Source: Phoronis australis (lineage: Eukaryota; Animalia; Phoronida). From it: 64,000 nucleotides of DNA. The translations under genes were made by a program, and so were the position numbers. The DNA lies in NCBI GenBank assembly GCA_002633005.1, contig NMRA01000085.1:851252-915251 (forward strand), read 5' to 3'. Of this stretch, positions 12,430-25,650 are shown in pieces; position 1 is the stretch's first letter, and the number at the start of each line of letters is the position of its first letter. A model generated the notes under the pieces. The model was not told the origin of the DNA, did no database searches, and saw only the letters and a list, made by a program, of their open reading frames with translations.

Positions 12430-13304
12430 ATAATCTTCATTAGTGCATTCATTTATTTTTTATTTATTTATGTATATATTTATTTATTATTTTCATGTAT
12501 TTATGTATATATTTATTTATCTATTTAGGAACTCATTTACTTATTTACTGCTGATTTGTTTTTGTCTTTCATCTTGTTTTCATTTTGTTTCTCATCTTTT
12601 TACGCACCAGAATGGTAATAAGTCTTTGACTTCTTATGTTACCCGTGTCTTCCACGTGTACCTTTATTTTTGTCTTGAGTTTTTATGTTGTTCTTTTATT
12701 TCTCTGTACATGCTTGAATCTAATAAATTTTTTATTGTTGTCGTCGTCGTTGTTGTTTAAAAGGACATACATGCGCATGGGTAAGAGACCTTTGTTCTAT
12801 TGTCCCATCAATCAATTTTTCAGAGAATGAACATATTTTGACATCAAATTTCGATTAAAAGTGACTTGGGTGGCGAAGAAATTTACTAACTGCTGGTCTT
12901 CACAGAGAGATTGGCTGTCTGGCTAGCATATTTACGTTTTCGCTGTGTATGGCTCAAATTTTAGTCTGTGAAATTGATAATGTTGTCCGCATTCATGAGA
13001 ACCTAGAAACAGTGTTATGGGACGTGCAAGCCGGTGAGCTAACGTTCTACTTGTTGGGTCGATTTTGTTGCAGTAGGTACCAACATGCTTGAACTTTTTC
13101 AATCTTTATAGTGATATCAGTTTCGTGATATTTGGAATTTATTTGAAAATCCTTTTAAATCCTTAGTTTAAGGGTCATGACACTAAATGCCGTGAATAAT
13201 TAGCTTACAAAGAAAACACGTATTTATGAAGAAATGCGGGAACTTTCACACCTGGTCCCGCTGCAGCCGTATTCCGGACCGGCTTTAGTCACGATCAAAA
13301 GTCA

Positions 13305-13655
13305 AGACATCAACTTTTGGCCCGGCGCAAAGGACGCGGAGCAAATTGATCGGTGTCAAACGGCCGTTTACACACAACTCACTAACTGTGGCAATACGGA
13401 AGTTGTAGGCTGGAGAGTGGAACACACATGCGCAAGTTTACAAATGGCGGGATTTGCATAGACAGAGAAGCCGCATGTAGGTCATTGCACAAGCGCAGTA
13501 GAGATGATCCTTTCTGCCTTACCCCAGTTTCGCGTTTATAATTAATGCCGTTTTCACTGCAAAAGTTGACACCGATCAATTGACACGCAAGTATGTGTGT
13601 AAACAGGTTTGACCTGGAGCAAACTGACACTGCGGTGACAACTTTTGCCATCTGT
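13305..13655. repeat. Truncated tandem copy of the adjacent Harbinger-like MITE
   Basis: Aligns with 13668-14035 (AGACATCAACTTTTGGCCCGGCGCAA … GTGACAACTTTTGCCA). Confidence 0.8.
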
Positions 13656-13657
13656 TT

Positions 13658-14198
13658 AGTCCCGTTTAGACATCAACTTTTGGCCCGGCGCAACTGATAC
13701 GGAGCAAACTATTCGGTGTCAAGCCGGCCATATGCACATACAACTCACTAACTGTGGCAAAACGGAAGTTGTAAGCTGGAGAGTGGAACGCCCATGCGCA
13801 GGTTTACAAATGTCGAGAGTTCAGAGACAGAGAGCCCGTATGTATGTCATAGCACAAGAGCAGTAGAGATGATCCTTTCCGCCTTGACCCAGTTTCGCGT
13901 TTAGACATGTGATTAGTGCCGTTTATTCTACAAAAGTTGACACGGATCAGCTGACACGGAACGAAATGTTCCTATGTGTAAACGGGACTGACACGGAGCA
14001 AATTGACACCGCGCGGTGACAACTTTTGCCAACCGTTTGTGAGGTACAGCAATTTGCGCTAGAACATCTTGCTTCGTGTCAACTTCCGATTTGCCACAGT
14101 TAGTGAAATCGCACTGCATGTATAAACGACCACTTGACACCTATCAAGTTGCTCCGTGTCAGTTGCGCTGGATCAAAAGTTGATGTCTAAACGGGACT
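13658..14198. mobile_element. PIF/Harbinger-like MITE with ~120-bp imperfect TIRs
   Basis: AGTCCCGTTTAGACATCAACTTTTG … CAAAAGTTGATGTCTAAACGGGACT in a TTA/TAA context. The terminus resembles Harbinger RGSCCCGTTTACAC ends. Confidence 0.75.
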
Positions 14199-14611
14199 AA
14201 AACTCGCTGCAGTACATACTCCACAATCGTCACAACACCCCCAGAATCCTCGCAACACTCCGACATTATCTTAAACCATTTTATCCAGATTGTGACAAAA
14301 CTATCCCTACAAAATTGCACAGCGTGCTCAGCAGGTGTCGTTTGTTCCTGAAGATGACCAAGACTCTTCACCCTCGTTCTGCCTACCCTCTGACACAGCG
14401 CCACCTATACTAAAAAGTGGCCCTGTGTGAACATGACACAAGGAATTCCGTGTGTGGCATAAATGCGCATGCGTAGGTCGTAAGTGTACTGATCACATCG
14501 CTACCACTTGCATACGCCTTTATGCACTGTACTTGTTTGGGCTTAAGCCACTGTTTACTTCGATCACTACCGTTTTGATAAATTGAAAATATGCAAGTCA
14601 AAGCTGGTTGC

Positions 14612-14803
14612 CATACACCTTATTCACGCAGTCGCTATTTTAAAAGTGAGCCTCTTTTTAAGACAATGCATTCTGCGCTTAATCGCAGCACGAAGCATGC
14701 TCTTTTTTGCGTGCCTCGTTATATTCGTGCCTCGAATGTATTGTTTTCTAAACCTAAAAAGAGGAGCACTACTAAAATGGTGACTACGCGAATATGGTGT
14801 ATG
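14612..14803. mobile_element. Palindromic MITE (CATACACCTTATTCACGCAGTC…)
   Basis: ~50-bp imperfect inverted arms. A related right arm lies at ~23350-23418. Confidence 0.7.
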
Positions 14804-14852
14804 CGCCAAATTTACGCGCGCTCCAAACGAGGCTCACTAAGTGGCCAATCGG

Positions 14853-14992
14853 CATTGTTGTTTTCCGCGTTGCTCGAACGGCTGTAGAAAAAATAAGGTC
14901 ATTCAACTGTCTTTTTTACAATCCCTAAAGACGTTGAGATTCGAAAACGTTGGGTGGTTGCCATACGCATCGACGAAGGATAATATTTCCGC
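14853..14992 (+). pseudogene. THAP zinc-finger remnant of a DNA transposon
   Basis: HCCFPRCSNGCRKNKVIQLS / (1-nt frameshift) FFTIPKDVEIRKRWVVAIRIDEG*: the C-x-x-x-x-C … F..P.. …W pattern of THAP domains. Confidence 0.65.
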
Positions 14993-16682
14993 TTAACACT
15001 GATAAATGGTTTCCAAAGTTTGAGCACATTTTGTCGCATCTCGGTTGCCGAGCATCATAGCAACGACCGGTGAATCTTCGACCAGCCAGGCCGTGTTTTC
15101 TTGACTACGGATTGAAACATAATGCATTTCTTTCTAAAAAGTACAATGCCCTCGATTTTTGGGCCGAATATAGGCCCTATTTCTCTCTCAAATTTACGCG
15201 ACGAAGAAATTCCCCTCACGAGGCCTAAAAATTCTTCTAACTAAAAGTTACTGAAAAATACACCTCGAAATTCAAATCACTTGTAACCCACACAGGTCAC
15301 AATTTGAAAGAGCACAAAGTGCTACTTGAGATAGAGCTTCTGAGAGCTTGTAACTGGGCGGGGGTGCTATTGATGGTGATCGGAAGGTAGAATTTCCCTC
15401 TCACTCTGCGAAAAATCCCTCTCAGAAAGCACGGCACCTTTCCCTCCGATGAACGAGGCCCCTAAAGGAACATGATAACTATGTTTGCTCTGCCCAGTTA
15501 ATTGAAATTAAGCCCTAAAACGAGATGGGTTATCTTTTTCAGGTTATGCTTTTGACGAACGAACTGGGTGTTTTAATTTTAAAATTTAGCTTGGCCCAGA
15601 TTAATATTTGAAACCTAACACATGAAACAGATGCAAGAATTATTAAAACCAAGAAATCATAACTGATGGTCAAATAATTTTTAGCTTCAATTACCAGCCT
15701 GGTTTATATTTCAATGCAAATAATTTTAATGACATCAATAATTCTTGCAGATCAATGATAAAGCAACAATTAGTCCCGGCAGTCCCTACCGAACTACCAG
15801 GACCTAGGCTATGCTTCATGTTAATATTCCGTTACGCACCCGCGCAGTGGAATGAGTATCCCGATTGACTTGGTCGGCCTGTCGGGATACAGCCGTCTCC
15901 TTATCAGTTTGACAGTGGCTAATCAATGTTTTCGTAGTCCAGCTCTCTTATTGGCTGCTTTCATCTGTTAAGTTCACGTAATCCAGCAATTATTTTGTAA
16001 ACAGCGCACCTGAAGCTAACCGACATTTAAAAATACTATTTGCAAACAACTTTAAAAAATATCGTGAAATAGATGTTTTTTGTATGAAAAAATTGAACGG
16101 CTGACTTTCAAAGAAATTAGAGTTAATTTTCACCTGTTGATTCCTTTGTATGACTGGGGATCTGACCAGTTTAATCACATGAAGTATCGTGTACCAACAC
16201 AAAAGGTTTGCCCGACAAGTTAAATCCAGCGTGATTCTAGATTAGGTCGTGATAGTGGAAATTTCTTTATTTTTACACTCCAAGACAATGGTACGCAATG
16301 TTGATCAGCAAATTAAACCAGATGTGACTTGAACATGGCAGAAAAGTCCGATGAGCCATCACTGTCAAATACATCTTCAAGTTTTCAAAAATACGAGCAG
16401 ATGATCTGGTTCGCGTAGAAAGCATTTTTATCGACAATTTACAAGAAGAAACATAACCCCGCATTCAGCATATCTATAACACGATCACCGCAATTTGGTC
16501 ATAATTACATTTTATGTTTCGAACGTACTATTAGTTTTCCGAAAAAAATCTTATAACCCCTAGACAGACAACTCTTTGGTGCATTGTCTTGTTCTCTAAT
16601 GTATTTTCCTATGTCTCTGTGGTTAATTGTTGACACATTTTTCAGATTTAATATCCATGTTGGACTCGAAACACCAGCCTCC

Positions 16683-16810
16683 CGTTCAGTAACGCTAAGA
16701 CCTCGCTAAAAAGCAAGACTTCGCGGTATTACGTGAGATATTGCCGTGTATTTTGAATGAAAACCTGTGACTTGGATTAGATTTTAGCTAGGTCCTAGCG
16801 TTACTGAACG
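16683..16810. mobile_element. 128-bp MITE with 21-bp TIR
   Basis: CGTTCAGTAACGCTAAGACCT … AGGTCCTAGCGTTACTGAACG. Related pieces at ~7120-7216 and 25729-25760. Confidence 0.75.
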
Positions 16811-19570
16811 CACGTCAGCTATTTATCTCACGCAATGTCATCTTCCGCTTTGTTTATCACAGTGAGCCTAGCTTTTAAAGCCGCCCCGTGAATTAGAAGT
16901 GCATTTCGCACAACAGTAAACTGGAAGGGAGTTTCCCAGATTTCAACCAATGGGAATGACTGAATGTTATGACGCCGGTTTCATTCCATTAACCAATGAG
17001 AAGCTATAGATAGGGACTGCCAAATCCCGCCAGAGCGCGATGAGCATGCTGCGGACCAAGGGACATAAGCACTGACGATGAGAGGGCGCTGCAGACGCAG
17101 GATAGAAAACTTTCTGTATTACGGAGCGGCCGTTCACTCGTTTCTAGATTTGGTTAAGTACATTGTGGAATTGCTCAATTTCGAAATTTTTAAGACTTGA
17201 AAAAATAAAATGGGTATATTGTTCTCCGTCATGTCATCTAAAAAGATTCACAAGATAATTCGCCCATGTTATGGGTTATTAGCGCTAGAAACGTCTTTAG
17301 CTGATCTTCCCGCGTAACCCGGTGTTACTTTACACTTTCAGTCGCATCAGCTGATTTTTTAAGCAAGTAGTAGTACTAGTGTTCGTTGACATTCATTACC
17401 GTACGAATCAACTCATCAACATAAGCACAAGTGTTAACCAACAAAAATGAATTTGTAACAATGTTTAACAATAAATATTTGTGTAAGTAAAGAGCAGCTT
17501 TGTTCAAGGGGGAAGGGCCACAGGCTAACATTGACATGTCATTTGAAAAAACCTGAGTGTCAAAACTTGCTGTCACTATTACAATAGGCCAAAAGTTCAT
17601 TGCAACGCACCTTCTAAACATAGTTATGATTTGTCAAATTGGTTCAACACACGACACTTGTCGCTGTTAACTATCTATATTCCATTCCGTTCGTATCCTC
17701 GGAACAAAGTTCGTCACTCAACAGAACATTCTTAAAGCAACTGACCATGAGACATGATTAAAAGACACACGGTATTTCGAAACCTACTTGTTTCATTCTA
17801 AAGTGGACATAAAATGAGGCCATAATATCACCGCAGAGCAAAAGCTAGTAAAATACACAGTGGGACACAACAGTTGTAAAATACTACAAAGACCGAAAAA
17901 AAGAGAGGTGGGGTAACAGTAATGTCGCACAAACAAATACAGCGTGACCCTGTTTGACGTTCATTTAAAACACGCTTCTCGAGTGCTACAAAAAGGGAGT
18001 GCAAAACTTTCATTCGCAACACATTGTGCTCTGCATATAGAATAGCTCACTTGCGAGTTTCTGGTTAGTCAATGTGACGTCACCGGAAGGGGGCAAAACC
18101 CGCCATATTGCTCTTGTTTTGCCCTAAGTCTTTGCTACACACGCTAAATCTTACTGGAGTTCTTATGGTGTGTTTTACGCTTAAAATCTTAACACAACTT
18201 AAGAGATGGTAGATGGATCGTGGAATAACTGTTAATGGACGAAGAAAATGTGAACTTGTTATGTTTTGCGAAGGTGTGAACGGACTGAAATTGAAAGTCA
18301 ACCCGGTCTAGGCCTGAATGCCGCAGGAATACAGGGGCGATAGTGTATCCCCATAAAAAGTTAATCGCTTCAACATACAGCAAATAAAATCAAATGAAAC
18401 ATGTGTATGTGCACATGGAGTTATAATTAACACATACTCTGACTCTGAATACAATTTAGTCAACAAATAACTTGAACATATCCATGAAAACCTCGCGGTT
18501 CGCTCAAGTTTCTCTCACGTGTTCTCCAGTTTCTTGACAAGAGATACTCATGCTTAGGAAGGTAGGCATGCGCATTAAGACCTAATGTTCATTTCTCTCA
18601 TTCAGTGCCTGAACGTGTTCTTAATAAAAAGGATAGGTTGTAAATATCACAAATAAATCGAATATATGTAAAGTAATAGGGAACCAAGACTTTTATCTGC
18701 AATGTGATTTTGTGAAAATGAACTCTTACCCATGCTGTTTAAAAAATGAGCTAATTTTCAGTACCGCACTGGAAGTGAATATTCACTTGCCATAACAGAA
18801 TCAGTTCCAATATTGAGAAGTGGGGAGATAACCTGCTATTGAATCAAAGAAGTCAAAATGTGGAAGGACCTAACTGGTATTTCCCTTAGGGTTTTATGAC
18901 TGAAATGTTGGGCGCCAACAGATATTCAGTGTTCGCAAGGAAACTTGTATAGTGCATTTTTTTCATTAATTTTTTTGACTTTATACACACTGAAGGGAAA
19001 GCAGTTTGTTTTATCTTAAGTGTTCTAATTTTACCTGCAGAAGAAAAATAATTATATCATAACATGAAGTAAAACCGCCAACTGAAACAAAATACCACAA
19101 AATTGGAAATCAGAGAACATAAGAGGGAAAGACTGAAATACTTAAATTTTTCTTAAGTATTGAAAGGTGTTCTGTCAGCCGTATTTTTAGTGGTTATCAG
19201 ATATTTTTCATGTTCTCTGATTGAAATATAATGTCTAGTTACTTAGGAAAAGCCAGCATCTCATTCCGTTGTGAGATTTGTGCAGAGCTAGGACTGAAAA
19301 CAGATAAAAAGTCACTTGCATCTTGCAACACTTCTTGACTGGCAATGTGGTGGTGATCCAGGAAAGAAGTTACCTCCTGGCTATCTGTCTTGGCTATTTG
19401 TACCTGAACGACACACAGTTGCTCTTGTGTTAGAAAGCATAACAATGCACTGTTTGTTACCTTTGCCCATAGAGCATCCATTTTTATTAAAGCACGATGG
19501 TTTGTCAGAGAGAAATTTACACTTGTTACCAACCAACAGACTTTGTTTCCTAAACGACACCAAATCCCGT

Positions 19571-21857
19571 AATGACAATGAACACTGAGAGCCTTGCGGC
19601 ATCAATCAAGAAATCTGGCGGCTCGTAATGTTAACTTATGCCTGCAGCCAAAGAGTTGAGTTTCTTGTACCTGCCATTGAGTCATGGGTTCTTTGGTTCG
19701 GCCATGGAGTTTAGTGGTGCTGCCACTAGATTTTTTAGGTTCCACCTCAGCATTGGTGTTTGAGACCATATTACATCAACTGAAAAAAATTACTGCTCAG
19801 CATCTGCTGTTGTCCAATGACGATGCTGTTAATTGTACTTAAGTAAATATGTGGTACTAATGACAATCATATGTGTTTTTACTTGTAGTGAATAACAACA
19901 TGGGCATCATACCCGAACTTACCCGGTAAGGCCGCCAGCCGTCCAAATCAGTACATGTAAATGAATAATGCATTCTTTATTGAAATATATACTGCTTTAA
20001 AAACTCATTTCTTGATATGTATTCCGAAATAGAATTTGACATTGGAAACTCTGTAGATTTGCAATTTTTGTTTGTGAACTCTTTGTTTCGTGACTAAAAA
20101 TTTGCGCAAATAAGTAAATTGCATAGTAGCCAAAATATCAAACCTGTAAGTCTGAATTGCGCACCCGAACTATACCCAAACTACAGAATTTCCCACTCGA
20201 AACCGAGCCCGTGTAGCATTAAATAATGACCTCGTGAAAAAATGACCTTGGTTATTTTTTCACAGGTCTAAATTTAATGTAAAGAATTTTCACCCCATGA
20301 AGAAATGACTTCGCGTCCGTGAAAACCTGTCCCGTCATTATTCACCGGTCCCCCACATCAGGGGTTGGGATAACCAGACATAACACCCGCAATAGGCGAT
20401 CTTTCAACAATGTTCGCTAGGCATGCGCTAGATTTTAAAGGTCTGAACCAAAATGCCTAAAGCATCTGAAAACATTTAGCCATTCTCAAACATTTTTAGC
20501 CAAATACTTTCTCCGACTTACAGCGGGGGTACTCTTGCCACACGGACATGATGTTGACCTAAAAAAAATTGGACAGGGCTTCCTCTCTGTACCCGGGTTA
20601 CGGCAGGGGTATGCCGGCCACATTGGCATTTAAGTGTTCACCTTAAAAATGTACAGTGGTTCTCCTTATCCCCGGGTTATGGCGGGGTACGCCGGCCACA
20701 TAGAAGTTTCACTGATGTTGACCTAATCCCGACCTGAGTAGATCGTTTTCGCTTCGATCAGCCCAGCTCCCACACATCATATTCCTCGTGTACACGGCCG
20801 TTCAGTGCATGCGCTTTATCATCCTAATTGCGGCATATACTGAAAAAGCAAGATTTGCCTTGCCGCGCGCCACTCAGGTCACACCCAGAACTAAACATCC
20901 GCGTATCGAACATTGTTGAAACATCGCCAATTGCAGGTGTCATGTCGGCTTATCCTAAAACTCTGTTGCAGGGGAATCGTTGAATATTGGCGGGACAGAT
21001 TTTCATGGGCGTGAGGTCGGAATTTTTCATAGGTTGAAAATTCTACATATTAAATTTAGACCCTGTAAAAAACTAACAGGGTCATTTTTTCATGGGGTCA
21101 TTATTTAATGCTACACCTGCTCGATTGGGTATGTTTCCACTCGGTTTCGAGTAGGAAATTTTTTATTTAGGGTATAGGTTGGGTGTGGAATTCAGTCGTA
21201 CAGGTTTGATATTTTGGTTACTATGTCCTTTACCTTTTTACAAACTAGTTTTGAGTCACAAAACAAAGAGCTCGTAAGCAAGCAATGCAAATCAATAGAA
21301 TTTCCGATGTCAACATCGACACAATTAGAGATTTTGCCGGACTTTGTTTGTTTTGGTACAACAGAAAGTATGTCAGTGATATTGGAAAACATATATTATG
21401 AAATGCGTTTTTGAAGCAGTATATATTTCAATAAAGAATACATTATTATGTACTGACTTGGGTGGCTGGTGGGTAAGTTCGAGAATATACAGCTGTTTTT
21501 TTCAGTACAAGTTAAAATACACGATTGTCATCATTTAATACCAAATATTTACTTAAGTACAATTAACAAACAGCATCTTTATTGGATAACAGCATATGCT
21601 GGTCAATAATTATTTTTTAAATGATCTTGTACGGTCTCCAATCACGGAGGTTGAGGTGGAAACAACGCATGGTCGCTCTGCTTAAACTATGGTGGCAGAA
21701 CATAAAAAACCCAGTGGCATCACCACTAAACTGAATGGCCGAACCAAAGAACCCTTGACACAATGGCAGGACTAAGAAACTCACCATTTTGGCCGTAGGC
21801 ATAACACTACGCATTTCCTGACTGATGCCGTAGGGCTCCCAGTGTTTTCTGTCATTT
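19571..21857. mobile_element. 2.3-kb foldback (long inverted repeat) element
   Basis: Arm 19571-~20440 is the diverged reverse complement of ~20890-21857 (e.g. TTAATTGTACTTAAGTAAATAT / ATATTTACTTAAGTACAATTAA and GTGTAGCATTAAATAATGACC / GGTCATTATTTAATGCTACAC). The spacer has a repeated CCCGGGTTAYGGC..GGGGTAYGCCGGCCACAT unit. Confidence 0.8.
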
Positions 21858-23029
21858 TTCTCCTGTGTACCATTTTTCAATATGGCGTCATATTGACAAC
21901 GCGAGCTTCATCTGTTCAGTTCAGTTAGTAGATACTCATCTATATATAAAAACAAGTCTCTTTTGCCTTCGTCATGATAGTACACAAAATATTACTCATA
22001 ATCTTGGCAACCATTACTTATTCATTTTTGTTATTCAGTGAAAACCCACGATACCTGATCTAAAGTAGGTCTGTTTGCTTCAGTACTTCTTTTAATTCTG
22101 TTGTCATGCGTCCATACAAAAGACTGCACACAGTAGTTAACAAAGGACGTAGATGTAAAAACTAACCAAGGTCAGGTCGATTGAACAGGTAGACTCAAAT
22201 AATGGGGTATTGTGAACATTCTGGATGTGTTGTGTCGAGTGTGGGGGACGTTGTAGAGAGTTTTAGACTGCTGTGGTCATTGGTGGGGTGTTCTGAAATT
22301 TGTAGGATGTTGTGACGTTTGTAGCGTGGTCGTTGTGGTGTTTGTGGGATGATGTAGCACTACTCGCTTTTATTGAAATTTATCGGAACCATAGTCCCAC
22401 ATAAAATTACGACATCGGAACTAGGAAAATCGATACGTAGAGGAATGTAAAGAGAAGGAAACGAAAAGAATAATGTAAAATAATTGCAGGCGGTCTGGTA
22501 CGCGTGTACCGCCCATTGCACTGATCACCTGGACTGAAATGCGCTTATTTATGCTCTGTTCACTGGAGACTGAAAATAATGTCAACAGTCAGTGGCATAG
22601 TTTTGTCTTTATTGGCAAACAAGGGTTTCCCTGTCGTTACCCAAAAAGATCCTGTGTAAACATGTTCACAATAGCTTTTTATGACGGCAATGAATGCAGG
22701 CACAGTTTAGACGAATATGCAAAATCAGATAAGAGGTAATCATACAAATCTACATAACCTTTATAAATTTAACTTCATGTAATGTGTAGGAGTGCATGTG
22801 TATACATGCGTGTATATTTACACAATGTCTTACTTTTATTAATTAGATTGCCTGTTTTTAATTATTTATATTTATATTTTAGTTAATTAGCTTGTCTTAA
22901 TTTCTTTATCTTCTATTTATCATATTTTTGTTTCATCAGTCTTCCCGTGTTAATTTCTTATTCTTTGCTTATTATTTAAATATTGTCTTTCATTTTGAAA
23001 TTCTGTTTTTGTCTTACTATCGTTTGTTT

Positions 23030-23120
23030 TAACTGAGGGCCCCATTGAAAACAGTGTAAACTGATGGGGCTACCCTCATTGTAAATATTACATAAATAAA
23101 TAAATAATTAATAAATAAAT
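23030..23120 (+). mobile_element. L2/CR1-type LINE 3' end (stem-loop plus (TAAA)n tail)
   Basis: TGAGGG-CCCCAT…ATGGGG-CTA-CCCTCA hairpin followed by AAATAAATAAAT repeats. Confidence 0.7.
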
Positions 23121-23136
23121 CCTTCATGGTTTTCCT

Positions 23137-23338
23137 GGGTTAAACGAAAATCGTTCAGTAAGACAGAGAGTATACTTTTTGGCTCTAAAATTAAACTGTT
23201 TAAAACCAAAGACATTGCTAATACGTGTGACGGAGAGAACATTAAATCTGTCTCTTCTACTAAATATCCTGGACTTCACCTTGAACTGAGCCGCTCTCAG
23301 GTGAAATGGTTCCTGAAAATATTCTTAAGAAGGCTAAC
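23137..23338 (+). mobile_element. Second fragment of the L2/CR1 LINE seen at 10014
   Basis: Aligns with 10014-10218, starting at the same GGTTAAACGAAAATCGTT. Confidence 0.75.
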
Positions 23339-23717
23339 CCCTGACAGATATGCACTGTTTTCAAAACCTGAAACGAGGCTCACTTTTGAAATGGTGACTA
23401 CGTGACCTAAGGTGTATATGAGGTAGGTGATTTCAACCCGGTAATCCTCGCCCTAGCGGTGATAAAACCAGGAACCCAGGATTCAACTAACCACTTACTG
23501 TGTTACAGAATTGATGTCTTTTTGTGGTCTGTCTTTCTCTCCTCTTGTCGCCACCTCGCCTTTTAGACATACACTGTAAAACGACGACTCAACAGACCTG
23601 GTCCTACAAATACAATCGATTGACAGGCTTCCCGTTTCATGAACTCGGTTCGTGTTTGACCTATCGCAAGCTCCGCCCCCTGGCGAAGAGTCACGTGACA
23701 CCCGACAAACAAACAAA

Positions 23718-24155
23718 CAAACAAGATGTCAGAGGCAAATATATTGTCGCTAAACGACGATCTTGGTGGAATCCGACGATGAGTGTTTTTGCACTAATCG
23801 AAAACGCTTGGACAAAGATAACGGGCGATGCTTTTCAGCAGAGAACGGAACGTTTATGATGTGGGAATTTGTAAAGGTGATGATGAAAATCAAACAAGAT
23901 GTCAGAGGCAAATACACTGTCGCTATATGACGATCTTGGAGGAAAAGATGAGTGTTTTTTGCACTAACTGAAAACGCTTCGACAAAGAGAACGTTCATGA
24001 TGTCGGAATTTTTAAAGGCTATGATAAAAATATAAATGTTCGAGTAAAAGTATTTCGGATCAGTCAGCGAAAACCCGAAGAAACCCACAGGGTTCACCTT
24101 CACCTGACAAATGACAAGGCCACTGGTGCGATATGTTCATGTAAAGCTGGGTACT
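23718..24155 (+). pseudogene. SWIM zinc-finger ORF remnant (DNA-transposon accessory gene) with a ~170-bp tandem duplication
   Basis: 23718-23891 is duplicated at 23892-24030. Downstream frames read HDVGIFKGYDKNINVRVKVF / SQRKPEETHRVHLHL…GAICSCKAG followed by GT. Confidence 0.55.
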
Positions 24156-25471
24156 ATGTACCTGAAAGTCGAATTATCTGTATGACGCCATAGATTTCAA
24201 GATCTTTCGAACAAAATCAGTGAAGATTCACCGATATTTTTATGCTGCCGTCTGTTTAATTCCACCAAATGAAAAGTAGGTCACAACTGGTGAGACTCCG
24301 CGAGTAAAGTTGGTCGAGTCGATAGCACTGTTCACGCATTTCCTAGTCTTCGAACGAAATATTTTGATTACAAAAACTAAAACTCAAGTTCATTGCTCAA
24401 ATATACACTCATCTTGTGCTAGGCAAGTAGTTAGCTCCAGTAGATCTAGGACTGTGCCCAAGTCAACTTAATGGATGGAATTGGCCGTAATCCCATCAAC
24501 AAGACATACGTCCTTCTGATGAACTTCGCATTTTTGTAGTTTCATTGCTTTCAGTTAACTTTATGCGTAGCATGGTCACTAAACTGTGGTATTGGTTACA
24601 AAAGATGACAAATCTCGGGTGTAGTGGCAAAAATGGCTATCTACAAAAATCACTCAAATTCTTTTTTAAAGCTTCATAAATCTAAATATCATGTTTGAAC
24701 AACTTCAAAATGAGCGCTCTCTAACTCTAAAATCGAAGTGTATACTGGAGGTTCTCATCAAAAAGTAATAAATTCAACAGTTTAGTTTTTCGTGACAACA
24801 GCTCGTACAAGGCTTTGAGTCAGTAATCGCCGTGCCCTTTCCTTTGCCTATCCAATCTTTCTATTTTGGAGAGAATTTCATCTGAACACCAGCCTACAGG
24901 TATGTGAGTAACAAAAATGTACCACTGCTACGAAATAAAATGATATCCATTAGGTCGAAATAAAAGAAAAATAAAAAATTTCCTTGAGAACAACAGTTTC
25001 CAGGGACTAGTGCCGAGATCCAGCATTTGCCGATACAAAGGAGGCCAAACGAGTGAAACTCCGTAGTCAAAATCAGATAGACCTACATTATAGCCACCAA
25101 ACTGAAAAGTGCTTATCCTGGAACAACTATATTTGTGTTTAACCTTCAAGTAATCAAGCAACATTGCCAAGTTCAGCTACTCGTGTGGCCGTTCGCACTA
25201 CAGTTTACACCTTTTGAAATCACTTTTCGGCTCTTCTTCTTAGCTTAAGTGACCACACACTTTCCAGAGTATTATGTCACTATATAACAATGAAGATCAA
25301 CAAAAACGAGAACAACTATAACAGGTTTAAAAAGACGCATTTACATAGTGGAAGTCGGCTTAGAGCTACGTAACGGCTGTCGGGATTACACACGCCATAT
25401 CAACAAAGTTTCACTACTGTTATCGCACAATTTCGTGAGCTATAGACTAAAGTAAGTTATACACGACAACA

Positions 25472-25650
25472 TGTTGTTTATAGGGTAAAATGGCGGCTTG
25501 GAAACGCAGACGAATTTATGTGAAGAATGCTGCGTTCCAATTGGTAAATTAAGTCGTCAGACTTAATCCTAATTTTGAGTGACGGCTTAACTGACCAATT
25601 GGAACGCACATCTTCATTTCCAAGCCGCCATTTTACCCGGAAAACAACAC
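25472..25650. mobile_element. Palindromic MITE
   Basis: GGGTAAAATGGCGGCTTGGAAA…TGCGTTCCAATTGGT.AATTAAGTCGTCA / TGACGGCTTAACTGACCAATTGGAACGCA…TTTCCAAGCCGCCATTTTACCC. Confidence 0.75.

Noticed and set aside
12757-13158. Second TTAA-flanked Kolobok element (AAGGA…TCCTT)
   Set aside because: The inverted repeat is only 5 bp, which is compatible with chance.
15778-17021. Element bounded by GGCAGTCCCTA/TAGGGACTGCC
   Set aside because: An 11-bp inverted match only, with outer bases that disagree and no TSD.
17071-17120. CTGACGA…GAAAA hammerhead candidate
   Set aside because: No stem II pairing. It looks like a decayed MITE.
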